The notes below the pieces were generated by a model that was not told the DNA's origin, did no database searches, and saw nothing but the letters and a program-made list of their open reading frames with translations. From Girardia tigrina (Eukaryota): DNA of 64,000 bases. Positions 24,122 to 39,100 of this stretch are shown here, piece after piece. The position numbers and the translations under genes were made by a program. Each line of letters opens with the position of its first letter. Position 1 is the first letter of the stretch. The stretch lies in the NCBI GenBank assembly GCA_001938485.1, contig MQRK01234723.1, positions 1 through 64,000 on the forward strand, read 5' to 3'.

Positions 24122-27100
24122 TTAATCCGTGACCTTCCGGTGGCGGACCCCTTCGTTACTTTCAGTGTTTCTGGTATCAGCAAGTAAAGATTGGCGCATG
24201 GGATTTGCCTCCACTTCATGGGTCGTCTTCTGTCGTTCGTAAAAGATGATGATAGCGAGCAGAATAATGACCTCGATCACTATTCCAATGAAAGGCCACA
24301 AAGGAGCTAGTCTGTCTGAAGAAGGCCGCCGTCAATATATATCTCGGTCACTATGGAAGCTAGATCAAAATATACCTTTGACTCGCAGTTGCATAATGAC
24401 GGAATCATTGCCGTATTTATTTTTGGCTACACATTTATAGTAACCGGCGTCTCGCTTCACTAATACATCCCACACAATTACGTCCCTGAATTTGGAAGCG
24501 TTGTGAGAAGTTGACAACCGGTAATTGAATGACGTTCGTTTAGGAACTTCCATCCATTCGAGATCGTCAGGAACTAAAGGATAACCCGTGTATTTACACG
24601 ACACTTCCATCTTACCACCCTCAGTAGAGCGTTTGGATTCAATGAATTCCTGAAGAAATGGTGGAGCTGCCAGCAGAAACATTAAGCTTAATTTTAGAAT
24701 CAATCTTCAGTCTTACAAAAAATATGAGCTGTCGCGTTAGTACTCATCCCATTATCTGCAGTGATCTTCATAGTGTATTGGCCGGTAACTTTCTCAGCTG
24801 AAAATAAGCAAATTTTAGCGGAATGATAAAAAAGTAATAATAAATATTTCAGATAACAGCTCCGATAGTAACATGACACTAATCGAAGACTATAGAATTT
24901 TAAGGAAGACAAATCTATTTATCAGTCTCCCATTGAATAAAGAAATGTATTGCACACAATAGATTGAAACTAAAACCATTATATCATCAGCAATTATAAT
25001 TTCTAACGAAAAATGTTTTGAATTTTAATTTAATTGATTTATAATTTCTGATGATTATGCATGAAACATCGAAACATGTTCAATAATAATTTTCTTAAAC
25101 AAGCTTTAACTAAATTATTTTTTCAAAAATATCAACTTTGCGTTTAGAAGACTCAATAATAAATTTATGGATTTGAATTTTTAAGACAATGCGTTTCTAG
25201 ACATTCCAATCTCATTCCCTAATCAATTGCCATTTGATTATGTGTACATAAGAAAAATTAAATTTTAAATAATTTAGTTAAAATTATTTAAGAAATTAAT
25301 TACTATTAATTTAATTTTAAAAATTAAGTAAAAAGCATTAATTGTGACCATTGTCCCACCAGAGCTTTTCCTTTGGGGGGGGGGGGAACAGCGATATGCA
25401 TGCAATTTCTTCCACTCTAAATCAGAGCGGAAACTGATGATAAAGCAATATGGTATTATAGTAATTTACCATTAAGAAAAAAAGAAAGATTTTAAATTGA
25501 TTGAGAATGAAATTATTTTCCCAGTTAAAAAAAATTGTCCATATCATCACATGAGAGTTATTGGCCAAAAAGTGAATAACCATCAGAAAAAAACAAAAAG
25601 AAATGGAAACACCCCTAATTTTACTATAATTCAACAAGGAGACACACTAATAAACATTAGAATAGAGTAAAACTACAAGTGTGTCACTGATTCACAATAT
25701 CCCGAGTACCATAATAAGGTAATATTGAAAAGCGAATTCTTCTTTCCTTTTTTTACCATTTTCGGACAACTTCCCGCGCTTTCTCATCTGTCATTTTTTC
25801 TTGACCATCCTTCTTGACAAGCATACATATTTCCAAGTTATCAACGGACATACGTTGCCTTAAACGCGTGAGGATCCTATTCATGCCACTGAACGACCTC
25901 TCGACACTTGGTGTTCCCAAAGGATACAGAAGAATAACTGACGCAATCTTTTAGAGGTTAAGAAAAGTTTCAACGAAAACTTCTGTTGAATCCACCAAAG
26001 ATCGAAGCACATTCGAAGAAAAATGAATGACTACCTTTTGTCGAAGAAATGCCAGATGGTTACGAAACACATTGAACTCATCCAAAGCTTTGTCTGTTAT
26101 GCTGTTGAGAACTTTATGAGTTGCAAAAATCTTTCGCAACGGTGGGGTTTCGATCTGAACGACAATGAAAGAATTAATATAAAACCAAAATTCTTTCTTG
26201 AACATTTCATAAACACAGTTAAGAAAACAGCAAAACAAAGTTTGTGATGATATTAGTAATGTTACATATTTTTCGGCGAGTCAACTACAACGCAATATTT
26301 ACCTAAGCTTATTGTTGCGTTAACTGTTTATGAAATGTAGGCTCCGCACCCGTGCAACTCAAGAAAATTGAGGTACTCTTCTTGACAATCTAATGAAGGA
26401 TCAAATAATGAAGTCGCGGAGTACATCGCCATAAATTGATCAGAAAATCGATCTGCAAAGCTTTTTCAACAGACACATGATAAATGGTTTCACAATTTTC
26501 GAATGCATAGAAACAGGATCGATTTTAATTTCCTTAACAAGAGCTGTTGACGTTGATTGAATGAAGTGCTGTGCTTCATCTTGATAAAGAATAGGATTTT
26601 CTAATAATTCATTCAAATACCATTAATTTGGCAGTTGATTTGAACTCATCCAATCTCACAAGAGTAGAGTTTGGAGACTGTAGCTGATTTGATAAAACGA
26701 AGTGAGGTTGAAGAATAAGCTTCAATGCCAAGAGTAGAGCAATTCCCTTTGATGTCTGAAGTGTCAAAATCAGACCACCAGCTTCTGATGATAAGTCACC
26801 ATCATCTGTATAAATTTCTTGCAAAGTGACTAATATTGATTCCAAACATGTGATTGTTGATGCAATATCCATCTTGTGTTGTCAGACCGAACAAAGTTCG
26901 TATTAGGTCCATCAAGCAAGTCTTGAATTACTTTAAATTTTCTGAGGTTCCTCGGACTGTTATAGAAGAGCCGCCACAGGCCATTTAGAGTTGAGAAGAT
27001 TCTTTTAATTTCTGGATACTTTTGGGTGGCATTCACGCACACTAACTGTAAGACGTGGCTACGAAAATGAATATGTATCGCGTCTTTGGTACGATATTTA

Positions 27101-30100
27101 ATCAGCAAATCTTGCGTGCCATTTTTTTACCAGCCATGTACCTGGCACCATCGAAGGAGAGTCACATTTTTTTCATTTTCACAACACATCCAAAATGACG
27201 TCGGTAACTGCAACCGATTCAGTACTTTTCAACTCTTTGAGTTCGATGAAAGTCTCCACTGGAACACCATTTAAGGGTAAGAGTGCATATGCAAACTGAT
27301 GAAACAATTCATCTTCACAAATCTGTTGTTTCATCAGCCATAACTGCAATGTTGGTGCTCGATCCTCGCAGGGAGAGCAATGAGAGCAAACCATACTTTA
27401 TTTATCAAGAGAAAAAAAAATTATTGACATTTCTTGTTTCATTTTTTGTCATTGTTATTTATTCTGATATGTTTGATATTTTCTAAAAAAAGATTTATAT
27501 GTAAAGAAATTTTTTTTTTGAATTAATCAAATAATTGAATGCATTGGAAATAGGTGAAAATTTGTATAGAGAGAATTTTGTTAATAATATTTTATTAATA
27601 ATTAATCGATTTCGCTTTTGATTATTTATTATTACATAATGACAGACAGGAATCATAATTATATTATAAAAATATTTAGTTAAATATATTGAGCATATCT
27701 GGAAAAAACAGAAAGACTACCGATCTGCCCCCACACAAATTTATAATTCATAATTAATTGCATGAATAAATTATTAATAAATTAACTAAATAAATTAATT
27801 ATTTTTATATTGATGACAAGAGTCTTAGAAAAACTTAAGCTATTGATTTTCTTAATTTTTATGGAGGGATCGGAATTATTTCCGTTTTTCCAGAATTAAA
27901 GAAATAATTAAATTTGTATTACTGAACTCAGAGAACTTCATACCGACAGAATGACAGAAATCATAATTCTATTATAGTATTAATTTTTTTTAATACTTTT
28001 TCATTTTTATTTGTAATTTTAAAATAATTTATATTTTTTTTTAACAATCTGTAAAAAATTTTGGGGCGGAATCCACAGATTTTTTTTGGGGGGGGGGAAG
28101 TTTCCCCCAGAGAGCTCTGGCGGGTAAACTGATTGTGACCAATCCCTTGACTCATCAACACCAATAACTTTTACATATTTATATGCACACAAAATCAAAT
28201 GAAAATCGACCTGTTTATGAGATTGAAATGTGTAGAAAAGCATTGTCTTTAAAATTCAAGTCCACAAATTGTGTTTTCTATATAAATACAAATAAATAAA
28301 TATACTTCACATATTTCAATCAGTATCGTGATTCATGAAATGTAAATAAATCAAGTTTCTGCAAATGTAGAACCTCTAACAAAACAGTAATTGATAACTA
28401 AACCGATGACCAAATCATGTATGAATATATAATTGAGATACACTATTATGAACTTTGTAACAATAATTCCTGCAATATTCCCATAACAATCCCCAAATAA
28501 ATAAATAAATAAATATAATTATTGGAAATTTATAGTCCAAAAAAAGAAAACAGATTGATATATAGAGTTAATGAAATATTAAAAATATAAATATATCCCA
28601 CGAGAAATTTAGATTAAGGAGAATAAAGATAGAGGATAAGAAACAGGTTAATGTCATTAAAGTGTGAAAATATTTAATTATTTATTGCAAATTGAGAGTT
28701 TTGTCTTGTGTAACAATTAATTTGGAAAATAATATAATTTATTTCGCCATTTAGCAGAATAATTAATTTAAAGACTAAAGAATTTTAAAAGAATTAAACG
28801 TTTTAATACAGTAGAATTACCATGCCGATGGTAAGATAAAACCATTTTTGTGGTAACACAACGGGAAGAATTATCATTCTTTTTCAATGCTTTATATTAG
28901 CTTGCTTTCTATATATATATATATACATGTATGTATCCATGGAATTTAGAAATCCATTTTTGAAGGCCTTTACTCAACTCATTTTTTTAAATGATAATGT
29001 GAAAATTTAATCGAACTATTAAACCAAAAAAAAATTTGCAAAAAACGTTTTACGATTATTCACAAATGTTTGAGCTGAAATATATAGAAATGGTTTGGTT
29101 TTTTTCCTTCCATACTTTATAATAAATTTATCATGTTATTAGTAACTATTTAATATTAAATTGGAGCTGTAAAATTTTTTTGTATGAAATTTTCTTTTCT
29201 ACAAAAGATTTAAATAGTTGCTAATAGCATAATAACATTACAAATGTAATCGTGATTTTCCCTTCTACAAAAGATAAAAAAAATCTGTTGACCAAGACGA
29301 ATTCAGGCCGAATAAAGCATGAATATAATTTTTTTTTGATTTTCTAGTTGATTATTACTTAATAATGAAGGATGATTATAATAATCAACGAAATTGATAA
29401 CAATAATCCACATTTTAATTAACTGTTTATTAGTTGGATCAGAGAACAGGAATATCGATGTAGCTGAACCAACCTCATCTGAGAACAATTGCACTTGTTG
29501 ATCTGTCAAAATGATACAACAAAGATATTAGTGACTAAAGTGACAAGAAATTTTCGACCCAACAATTCTCCAAAGAAACATAAGTAGCCAATAATTCTAT
29601 CACCCAACCGGTTGTGTTGAAATATTGACATTTCTCCGCAACAAAAATCAATTGAAAAAATATATTTACATAATTTTCAAGAATTAATTTCTTTTTCAAT
29701 TAATTGGCGAATCTATTTTATCAAGAATATCTCTCCTGTGTGAAACACTGACAGACAATCGGGACATTCTTCCCGATGCCAACCCATCAAGCCGGGGATA
29801 TGCGGTAGTCATGCGCGCCACACCATTCTACCTCACCAGACTCACCATCACCAAATAATAATAATAAAAGTGGACAATTGATTCCACAACCGAATAATAA
29901 ATGCCAAACTAATCGTAAAGAGCCCATTGTTACCTGAGACAGGTGAGTTCTGTCCAATAAACTATAATCCCGACCACAGCTCTGGTAAACACAAACATAA
30001 ATTATCCCAATGTATATAAATACAGAGAACTCAAACTTATATTCTGTCTACTTCTGTATAATTATCTATTTTCTTTAAATAATTTATGTATCTTAGATAA

Positions 30101-33100
30101 CTTTAGTCAAGTTCTGATTTAGTCAGCAATTGACCAGTATTAATAAGTGTGACTCTCGTCCCTAAAATATCACTCTTACTTACTTTGTTTCTTTGCGACT
30201 AGTAAAGTTATTATATAGATAAGATTGAATAATCTCTATTGACATAGAATAGCGATTTCCCCCTTGGGACAAAAGAAATAATTAGATAAAATACAATTCA
30301 TTGAAGTACCCTAACAGGAGATAGTGAGTCAAAATAAGATTTGAAACCACTAGCATTCTATCGCCATCTAATCCCATATGAATATTAATTTGAACAACGT
30401 TATAAACTTATCATGTAGTTATATATAATCAAGCTAGTTTAAAATAGATCATGAATGGACATCGACAGATTTAGCTTAAGTTATAATAAATTGCCCTGTT
30501 AACCGCTATTACTAAGAAGTGAGCTGTAACTATGAACTACTTATATTCTATTGATTCCCACTTTTGAAGTACTCAGTAGTGTATTTATTAAAGAATATTT
30601 ATTCAATAAAATTGTTGTAATATAAACTAATTAGATGTGTCATGGAATAACGAAATGATATTATTCTTCAATCCTTGCAACGTGCAACAGTCTCAGATGT
30701 TCAGAAACAGAATTATTTTCTATAGCACAATTTCACTCTTACACGACTGAAAATTTTACGAATCCCTCATTCAGCCCTGCAACACGGGTTCATTCAGATG
30801 AATATCCGACATCCCTAGGATCAGTAGCGTTGCTAGACGAGTGCGGGGCGTGCAGACCGCACCGGGTGACACAATCTTAGAGGGTGTCAACAAATGAAAA
30901 ATACATCGCGGAAATAACCCTGAATAAATAACCTGACGTTATGCTAAGGTTAACTAAAAAACACATGTTAATCGGAGTCCATGGCATCAATTTCCAGTTA
31001 AGAAATATTATTACGTCATTTCATGTTGATTTGACTTTACCAGTAATTGAATGCTATGATAAAGTAACACACACGTTCGTTGACTTGTGAAATCATTCAA
31101 TCGGTGCGGTACATAGCAGCTGTAGATACCCTACAAAATTCATTTACAATACATGATGGACGGATTGTGCTCCACTGCCTCCACACTCAGAATAAATCTG
31201 GAGGGGTGACACCGTGACTTTACAGCACTGGGTGAGACCAACCATAGCGACGCCACCGCCTTACACAACACGGTTTCATTCAGATGAATATCCGACAACC
31301 CTTACATAACACGGTTTCACCCATACGGCATATATAATTATCTATTATCTATATACCACGTTGTAAGATTTATAGATATGCTAAACCATTCTGACAATCT
31401 TGTGAGATCTTGAATGACATTTACAACGCCTCATCTCTTTATGTGAGACCAACTATATCATCTCTTATCCTTCATATTTAACAGAGATACGAAGCGAATG
31501 GAAATAAAATATCATTAGGTGGTTATAAATTATAACCACAAAATGATACTTTATTATATGTTATCCCGGGATCCCGTGATTGAAACCCATAGTTATAATG
31601 CAGACTATAAACTCATGATCGTACAAAATATTTTGCAGGATAAATAAACGACAAGGATTTTAGTAACGAAATTTAATAATACAATAGATAAAAAAGTGAC
31701 CGATTTGCAGTTCTGAATGGTAAAGTAAACATTAACAATAACGAAACAACAAGCTTAACTGAAACAAGTTTTAAAAAATTATGTAAACACGCGAACTAAA
31801 AGGACTGGAGTTAAGGAATGTTACTTGTACAATCCAAAGATGGGATACTTGCTCAATCCCGAAGGAGGGTCTCCAGAATGATGCAAACTGCCATCTAACT
31901 ATAAAACCTTCAGAATACGTTCGTGACGGATCGAACAACATATAATGTCAATTAGATAAATTTAATCACTCAATAAAACAATTTATCCCTACTTTATGTT
32001 TCAATGTGACATTTATGGACCAATATTAAATAAGTACGGAGTACCAAATGTACCTCTTAACCATTTTCATTAAACCTTTTCTTTACCTTTATCTTTGAAA
32101 TATATATTGTCGTTTTCGATAGAAATGTAAATTATTCCTAAATAGCACAAATCATGGGAATATATAAGTAAAGGAAATTGAAATGAATATAAATCTCGAT
32201 CGAATATGCACGCCAATATCAAGAGGCCGTGTTCGAGAATAGCGCATCCCCGTAGGTGCATGTATCAAATGAGTAACCCGGTATACGAAGACGACTTTTG
32301 CAAATCCTTTCATAACACTAGATAAGATTATCAGATATGAAAGATTACTTCAATAGATATCCCCGCGTGTCTCTTGCAATTATTGAAACATGACCTATTT
32401 ACAAAGGAATGAAATATCTGCGTTGGTACTCATGTTTTGACGGATAGGACGCATTTGACAGAAGAGATTATGCATTGATGACTTATTATTCATGTAAATA
32501 TTAAAGAGCAATATCTGAAAATTTGTTTCCTAAAGAATGCCTCAGTCGCTAAAACATTAGAATCATTTTTTATTGAATAATGATTATGCATACAATGTTA
32601 AATAATTTTACCACGTTTTTATTAGCTTGCTTTCTTGTCTGTTTGTCTGTCTAGAACAAATCTTGCGATTGATTTTTCGACCACTTTCAGTCATCCAATT
32701 CAGCTGAATTTTTTTATAAAGGTTTGCTTCCGATGACAATACAATTTGATAAAAAAAATAATTTTCTCTAATTTTTGTTGCAAAAAACCACTTACGATTA
32801 TCTACAAATTTATACACTGTATTAAATAGCAATCTTTTCGTTTATTTTCATGAATGAAGTTTTATACAGGCTTGCTTCCGATGACNNNNNNNNNNNNNNN
32901 NNNNNNNNNNNNNNNNNNNNNNNNNNNNNNNNNNNAAGCATTACCAATGCACTAAAAAGAGGAAAATAATTTTTTTCTAGACATGTGAGAAATTTTATAC
33001 CTAACCAAAAACGTGGGGCATAGAAATGATAGATTGTTACTAAAAAGCAGTAAAAACGAAATAGCAGTTACTAATAGCAGTAATTCAGAAATCCGCCCCA

Positions 33101-36100
33101 CGTTTTTGGTCAGGTATAAAATTTCGCACATGTCTAGAAAAAAATTATTTTCCTCTTTTTAGTGCATTGGTAATGCTTGAAAAACGTGGTTGTTTTTATA
33201 AAATTTTTTTATTAATAATATTATTATCATATATAAATACCCTTTATATAGACGTAATAATGTATCTTTTACATATAACAATTCTTTATGATCCTTTAAA
33301 TATGATCCTTAGCAATAAATTATCTGATTCCTCTTAAACTGCGTACGATCCTTTTTGGAGAATAATTATTTGTTGAAAAAATAAAAATTAATCTTACGTC
33401 CCTGACTCTGAACAATGAGATCAGTTATATTTGGCTATTTAATGCCGTTTAGATTTCAAAAAAGGAACAAAAGGCAATTTACATTTCTTAAAAACCATTT
33501 TCCCATCATATGATCTAAATAATAAAACCTCTCAATAATTTCTAAACCGATTACAGAGAATTCGAAAATCTCATTATTCTACTTTCATTTTTCCAATTTA
33601 AATAAACGTTCATTAATATTGGGCCACAAATTGATATAAAGATTTTAAATGTGATTTTTTTAAATATTAATAAAATAAAATTTACAATATTTGTTCCATT
33701 TAAACAAATAAAATACCAAATATTTAATTACACTATCTAGTCATGAGCGTTTGAAATGAAGTGCTGCAGAAGGATGCTGAAGATTACGGGGAAAAAAGAA
33801 GACCAGCGACTTTGTCTGGAGAGAGTGACAGAAATAATAGGTAAAAGATCGGAATCAATAGACGAGTTCATCAAGAAAAGGAGACTGAAATTCTACGAAC
33901 ATCAGATAAGAAAACAAACACTAGCAAAGGTTATGATTGAAGGAAGATTTGAAGGAGAAAGATTTAGAGTAAGACCAAAAGTCAATGGACAATAACTTAA
34001 AAGAATTGAGTGAATTCAACATGGAAGATCTGAGAAGAGAGACTACAAAAAGAGAGATGTATCAAAGACTTGTACATAATTTGGTGCAGCCACGGCCGAA
34101 TGGCAAAGGTCCAGAAGAAGAAGATCTAATCATTAGGTTATGTAGTATACCTCGGGAAAGATGATGTATGTACTTATGGTGTCCGTATTTTTAATCACTG
34201 GACGATTTATCACATTTTTGGTTTTATCGTGGATTCATCACACTTTAATTTTCTCGTGGATTGATGAAGTCCTAGAATTGTATTTATCAATGGGATCGGA
34301 GTACGAACGGTGTGACGTTGTATTCCTCCAACTAAGGAACTGATAGAATTTTCTTCAATTTAGACAAACGATTAAGGTAAATAGTAAATTTACTTCGATG
34401 ACAGATGTTGATACCTTGATATTATTATTAGTATCTTTATTAACACATTTAGAATTTTTTAAGTTTGATCGGTAAATTTTTCAATACATGGCTTTGAATA
34501 GCGATTTGTATTTAGTAAACTGATCACAGTTTAGATTATAAAAAGAAAATAATGTTTCAATTCTGTCTAATCGCTTATCAATTTTTTGGAAGCCTTATCT
34601 TCAAACAGGACTTGGTAACATGACTGAAGATATTACTACTTTAATCAATAATAATTAACGACTAATGTAAATTTAGGCTGAATATAGCGATAGATAATTC
34701 AATAAAATTAATAACAATAATTTAAAAAAAATTCTGTGAAATATGTAGCATGTTCAATAAATACGCGAACTTAGTAAACGGGGAAACTTTGAGATGAAGT
34801 TTGCCACGTACAATGGATGTGCTGTTCGCGACGGATCTACTGAAGTATTAGTAACTGTTAGGTCATCTGAGTAATGGAATAGTTAACGTTGCGATTATTT
34901 TTTCTAACTTTGTTTTTTCTATTATGGATGATCGAAATTGATTAGCTGATAGAACAACTCCACATCAAATTCTTTATGAAACCTGTGAAAACTTACAGAA
35001 AATTTATGTTATTTCGATGGATGTTTATGAAGACTAAGTATTTAAGAGGATCAAGCGTTTCTGTGAAGATTGTGAAAACTGCAAGGATGATTATAGGTCA
35101 GAATGACCATTTACTTAACTTTTTCAATGAAAAAAACAAACTTATACAATAGCTTATGCTTTACAATGACCGATTCACTGTGTGAGGAATATTTGGTGTG
35201 TGGATGTTTTTGTGTAGTGTTTGCATGTTTAAATGTTGTGTGTTGATTTGGGATTGTGCCTCTCCTAATTAGATGGATGATTAATATTTAATTTCTTATA
35301 ATCTGAAACTAATTTATTTAAATTTAGATTTAATATTCAAATTTTTAATTTTTATTATTGCAACTTTTAAAAAAGTTTATTGATTTTATTTTTGTAAATT
35401 TTTAAATAATTAAAATGAAATTAATGTTTAAAAATGACTATAAAAATATTTTATTTCAGCCAATAAAATTTAAATTAAATATTTTTAAATAAAATAATCT
35501 TCTCAAGTATAGTTCATATTATAATGGGAGATATTGAAAATTGATTGATGGATCTTAGTGAAAGCAATACTGTTGATCATCATAGAGATGATAAGAAATG
35601 TGAATGTAATAAATGTTCTGTAAAATGTGTGAGTTCTCTTAACACACTGTACAGATGATTACTGATGAACTAAATTTGAGAAAATTGTCCCTGCACATTA
35701 TTCTTTGAAAAATATTTGGGATTGAGAAAATTGTGTTCAAAATTTATCCCAAAGTTACTAACATCTAACTAAAAGGAAAAAAAGTACAAATGCTACAACG
35801 ATTGAAAAAATGCATCTCAAACTCGCAGTTTTTAAAAAGGTTATTACGAATAATATTTCATATTTCTAAGAGTACAAACATTGAGCTGAAATCAGAGCAG
35901 AAAATGGAAAGCAAAATATAAACCACGGTTCAAAAATGTCAAAAAGCCAATCAAAACTGCTAGTTGGTTTGGACATTCATGCTATTGTGCATCATGAATT
36001 TCTCCCTGAAGGACAAACAGTGAAAGCTGAAGTCTACCTGAAGTCTATCAAGCGTATGAGGGATCATGTGTGTCGTCTGTGACGACATCTGTGTGATGGT

Positions 36101-39100
36101 GATGAATGCCTTCTGCACACAACAATGTGCTCGTTGATTCTGTAGTCATTGTCCGTGAATTCAGTCACAAAACTAGATCATTCTGTATATCAGCTAAAAT
36201 AAGTTCCCTGTGATTTCTTTATTCCCAAAAAGAGCATGCTGGAGTGACAATGATATGATGTTGAGACGATAAAACGTAAAATGACGATGAAGCTTGACTC
36301 CTAATGGCTTCGATGTGTATGTTTTGAACAATTGAAACAAAGATAGAACACATGTATTTATACAAATCGGTTTTATTTAAAAGGAGATAAGATTGATGTA
36401 CACTAATTTTAGTAAAGTAAACTTTTTGTGACTTTAGATCGCGTATTTACTGAACAGACCACGTATATATACAATATTTAATTTCATACCTTTTATTCAA
36501 AAATATTTGCTAAAAGAAACACAAATAACAAATTTTGAATGGAATAAACGTTGGACATATTGAAATTATTAAGAGAGAGATCGAAGGAATAAATTTATAA
36601 ATAATATTCACTAGAAGACATGCAGCTAAATATTTTGTTGATATTCAGACCAGAATCTCAATCATCATGCGGTAATATTATATTTCTATTGAATCAACAA
36701 CGATCAACCAACAGACCGTCATTACCCCTAACCCTGGCAACAATCTAGATTACGCGAGGAAACATGATCCGGGATCAAGATTATGGAGGCTGTCGGTTAA
36801 CTTCAATACATCCACTTTGCTTTCATCTAATAAAATAGTATTATCAAACTTATCCCCAAATTAAAAAAAAAGATATGAAAAAATTATATCATTCTTATGG
36901 TAAGTATAGATATTACTTTCAGAGTTAATTAAATCACTTTTTCAATTCTAGTTCTCTCATAAATATTTTAAACTAATTAGTTAATGAATAATAAATATTT
37001 TAATTACTGTTTTTATTGATTGCGCAGCATTAATTGGAAATATATGTGCAAGTTATTAATTATTATTTGGAAAATATTTTCCGGAAATATTTTAGCATGG
37101 TCGACAGAACGGTACGTCAGAAAATAGTTCGATCAAATGATCATAATTGTCCAATGATCCAGCTTTAATGTCATTATTTATTGGTTAATACCACTCTCAG
37201 AATTTAATTAAATTTTAATAAAACTAAATAAATGTTTATATTGAATATAATCAATTTTAAATAAAAATAAAACAAAAAGCTGAGTTTCAGACATGAAGTA
37301 GTGGAGCCAATCATGGCCAAAGAGCTTTGGACTAGTTACCTTCGAGCCAGACCAGACACAGTGTAGTGACACAAATTTTTATCAGTATTTATAAATATTA
37401 AATATATATACATAAAATCCTATATTTCTTATTTATAAATTTATCGAAATTCGAACTTAACAACATTCTAACAAAACTGAGAAAATTTCTCCTAAAAAAA
37501 GTGGTTTCCCGTCATCGGACTAAAAAAAACATTTTGTGATTCAATAATTTTTCAATACTGATTTGTTTTAATAATTGTAGATAAATAAATACATTTTTTT
37601 GAAAACTAATTATTCTTTTGGTCTGACAACTGAATCGTTTGATAATTTCCAATTTCAAAATATTATAACAATTTCCCCATGAATTTGGTGTTTATCGAGT
37701 CACACAATCGATCCGACATTCTGTTGAGAATAACTGGTCGAATGAGTTTCCATTCATTCGAACTCGTCAATAACGACAACAAAATCGATAACGATAACGA
37801 CAATCGAAATTCTAGTGGCAAAAGTCACATTTTCGTTCACCCAAACGAACTCGTATTTCGAATCAAAGAACAATCGATGAAGAAATCGATTTATTTCAGT
37901 TATCGAATCAATTGCGATTGGACGATCGATCAGTTAATCGGGAAAATTGGCCGCCAATCGGCAACAATCAGCGACCCGATTGCCATGGACGTCGTGATCT
38001 CTTACAGCGACTGGCCCCGGTCCGACAACCACACGACTCTGATTGTCACTTTCACCCCAGTCGATTCTATGCGCCACTCGAACAAGATCGATTTGTCGAT
38101 CGATGTGCTCTTGTTCGTTGATCCAGCCGAGACAAAGTGCACTAGTGTCGGCGAGTTGCATCGATCGGCTGTCGCCAAGATCAACCAAATGATCGGCAAT
38201 TATCGCCGATCGTTAGAGTATTTGTTGTTGTTGTCGTCATCGATCGGTGGTCAGCGAAGAAGGAAGATCGATAAATTAATTGCGCTGCGTTTCCAGATTG
38301 GAATCGATGAGATTTTGACGATGATCTTGCCGGATTGTGAGTGGGACGATGAGGATTCGTGGAAACGGACGATATCAGCCGAAAACACTGTTGAACATGT
38401 TTACGAGTTTCCCGTTTTGAGGGAATCTGAAGATTCGAGTTATATCCTCGTGTTGGTGGTTGTGCGGCCGAAGACGGCCGCTCCGATCGGGATTTTACCC
38501 TGCGATAGTCGATCAAGGCAATCCACTAAACACAGCAACATTAATTAGCTCAAGTTATTGATCTCAATAAGGTCTTGAAATGATGTCACCAAACTTTATC
38601 GAAATTACACGATAGGAAAATTAAAAGATGTAAGTAGCCAAAAGTGCCCCTGATCAAAATCTTCATTTATTTCACAAAATGTTATTGTCGACCCCTATGT
38701 TTCACATTTCAGTGAGGTTCTGCAATGAAGTTACCATACAATGAGTACTTTGCAAGTTGAGAAAGAAATGCCAATCTGAAAGATGACCATTTAATTGAAA
38801 CTGACAGCTGAATGTACATAAAGGCTTATTATAAAACTGAAAGGTCAGAAGTAATTAAAAGATAAAGTGGATTAATTTTTCACCTTTTATTTAATTAAAG
38901 ATTATAAGCATTGAAACAGCTTTCCTTTGCCCATTTGAATGTTAAATTATGACTCATTGGAGTCAATAAAGATTCCAAATACTACCATTCGTAATGTGAA
39001 CCGAGACTCTTTTGAAGAACAGAAGATTAATCTGCTAAAACAGAAGAGATTCTATTCTTACAACACAACCAGTGATCAAGAACCTTACTCGATCATCACA

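Noticed and set aside
29300-29640. Alternative 5' exons for basigin
   Set aside because: Weak donors and a phase mismatch to exon 24717-24797, whereas the 53.9/42.3-kb exons give a signal peptide and a complete Ig domain
30775-31320. Repeat-spacer-like pattern (CRISPR-like)
   Set aside because: Only 2-3 tandem units interrupted by a MITE; eukaryotic context; no cas genes
34150-36820. TGA stop-codon reassignment suggested by in-frame TGAs in exon-like blocks
   Set aside because: The long intact ORFs (E2, RING, integrase) contain no internal TGA, and the Trp codons I checked in the E2 and RING genes are TGG; decay or wrong exon parsing is simpler
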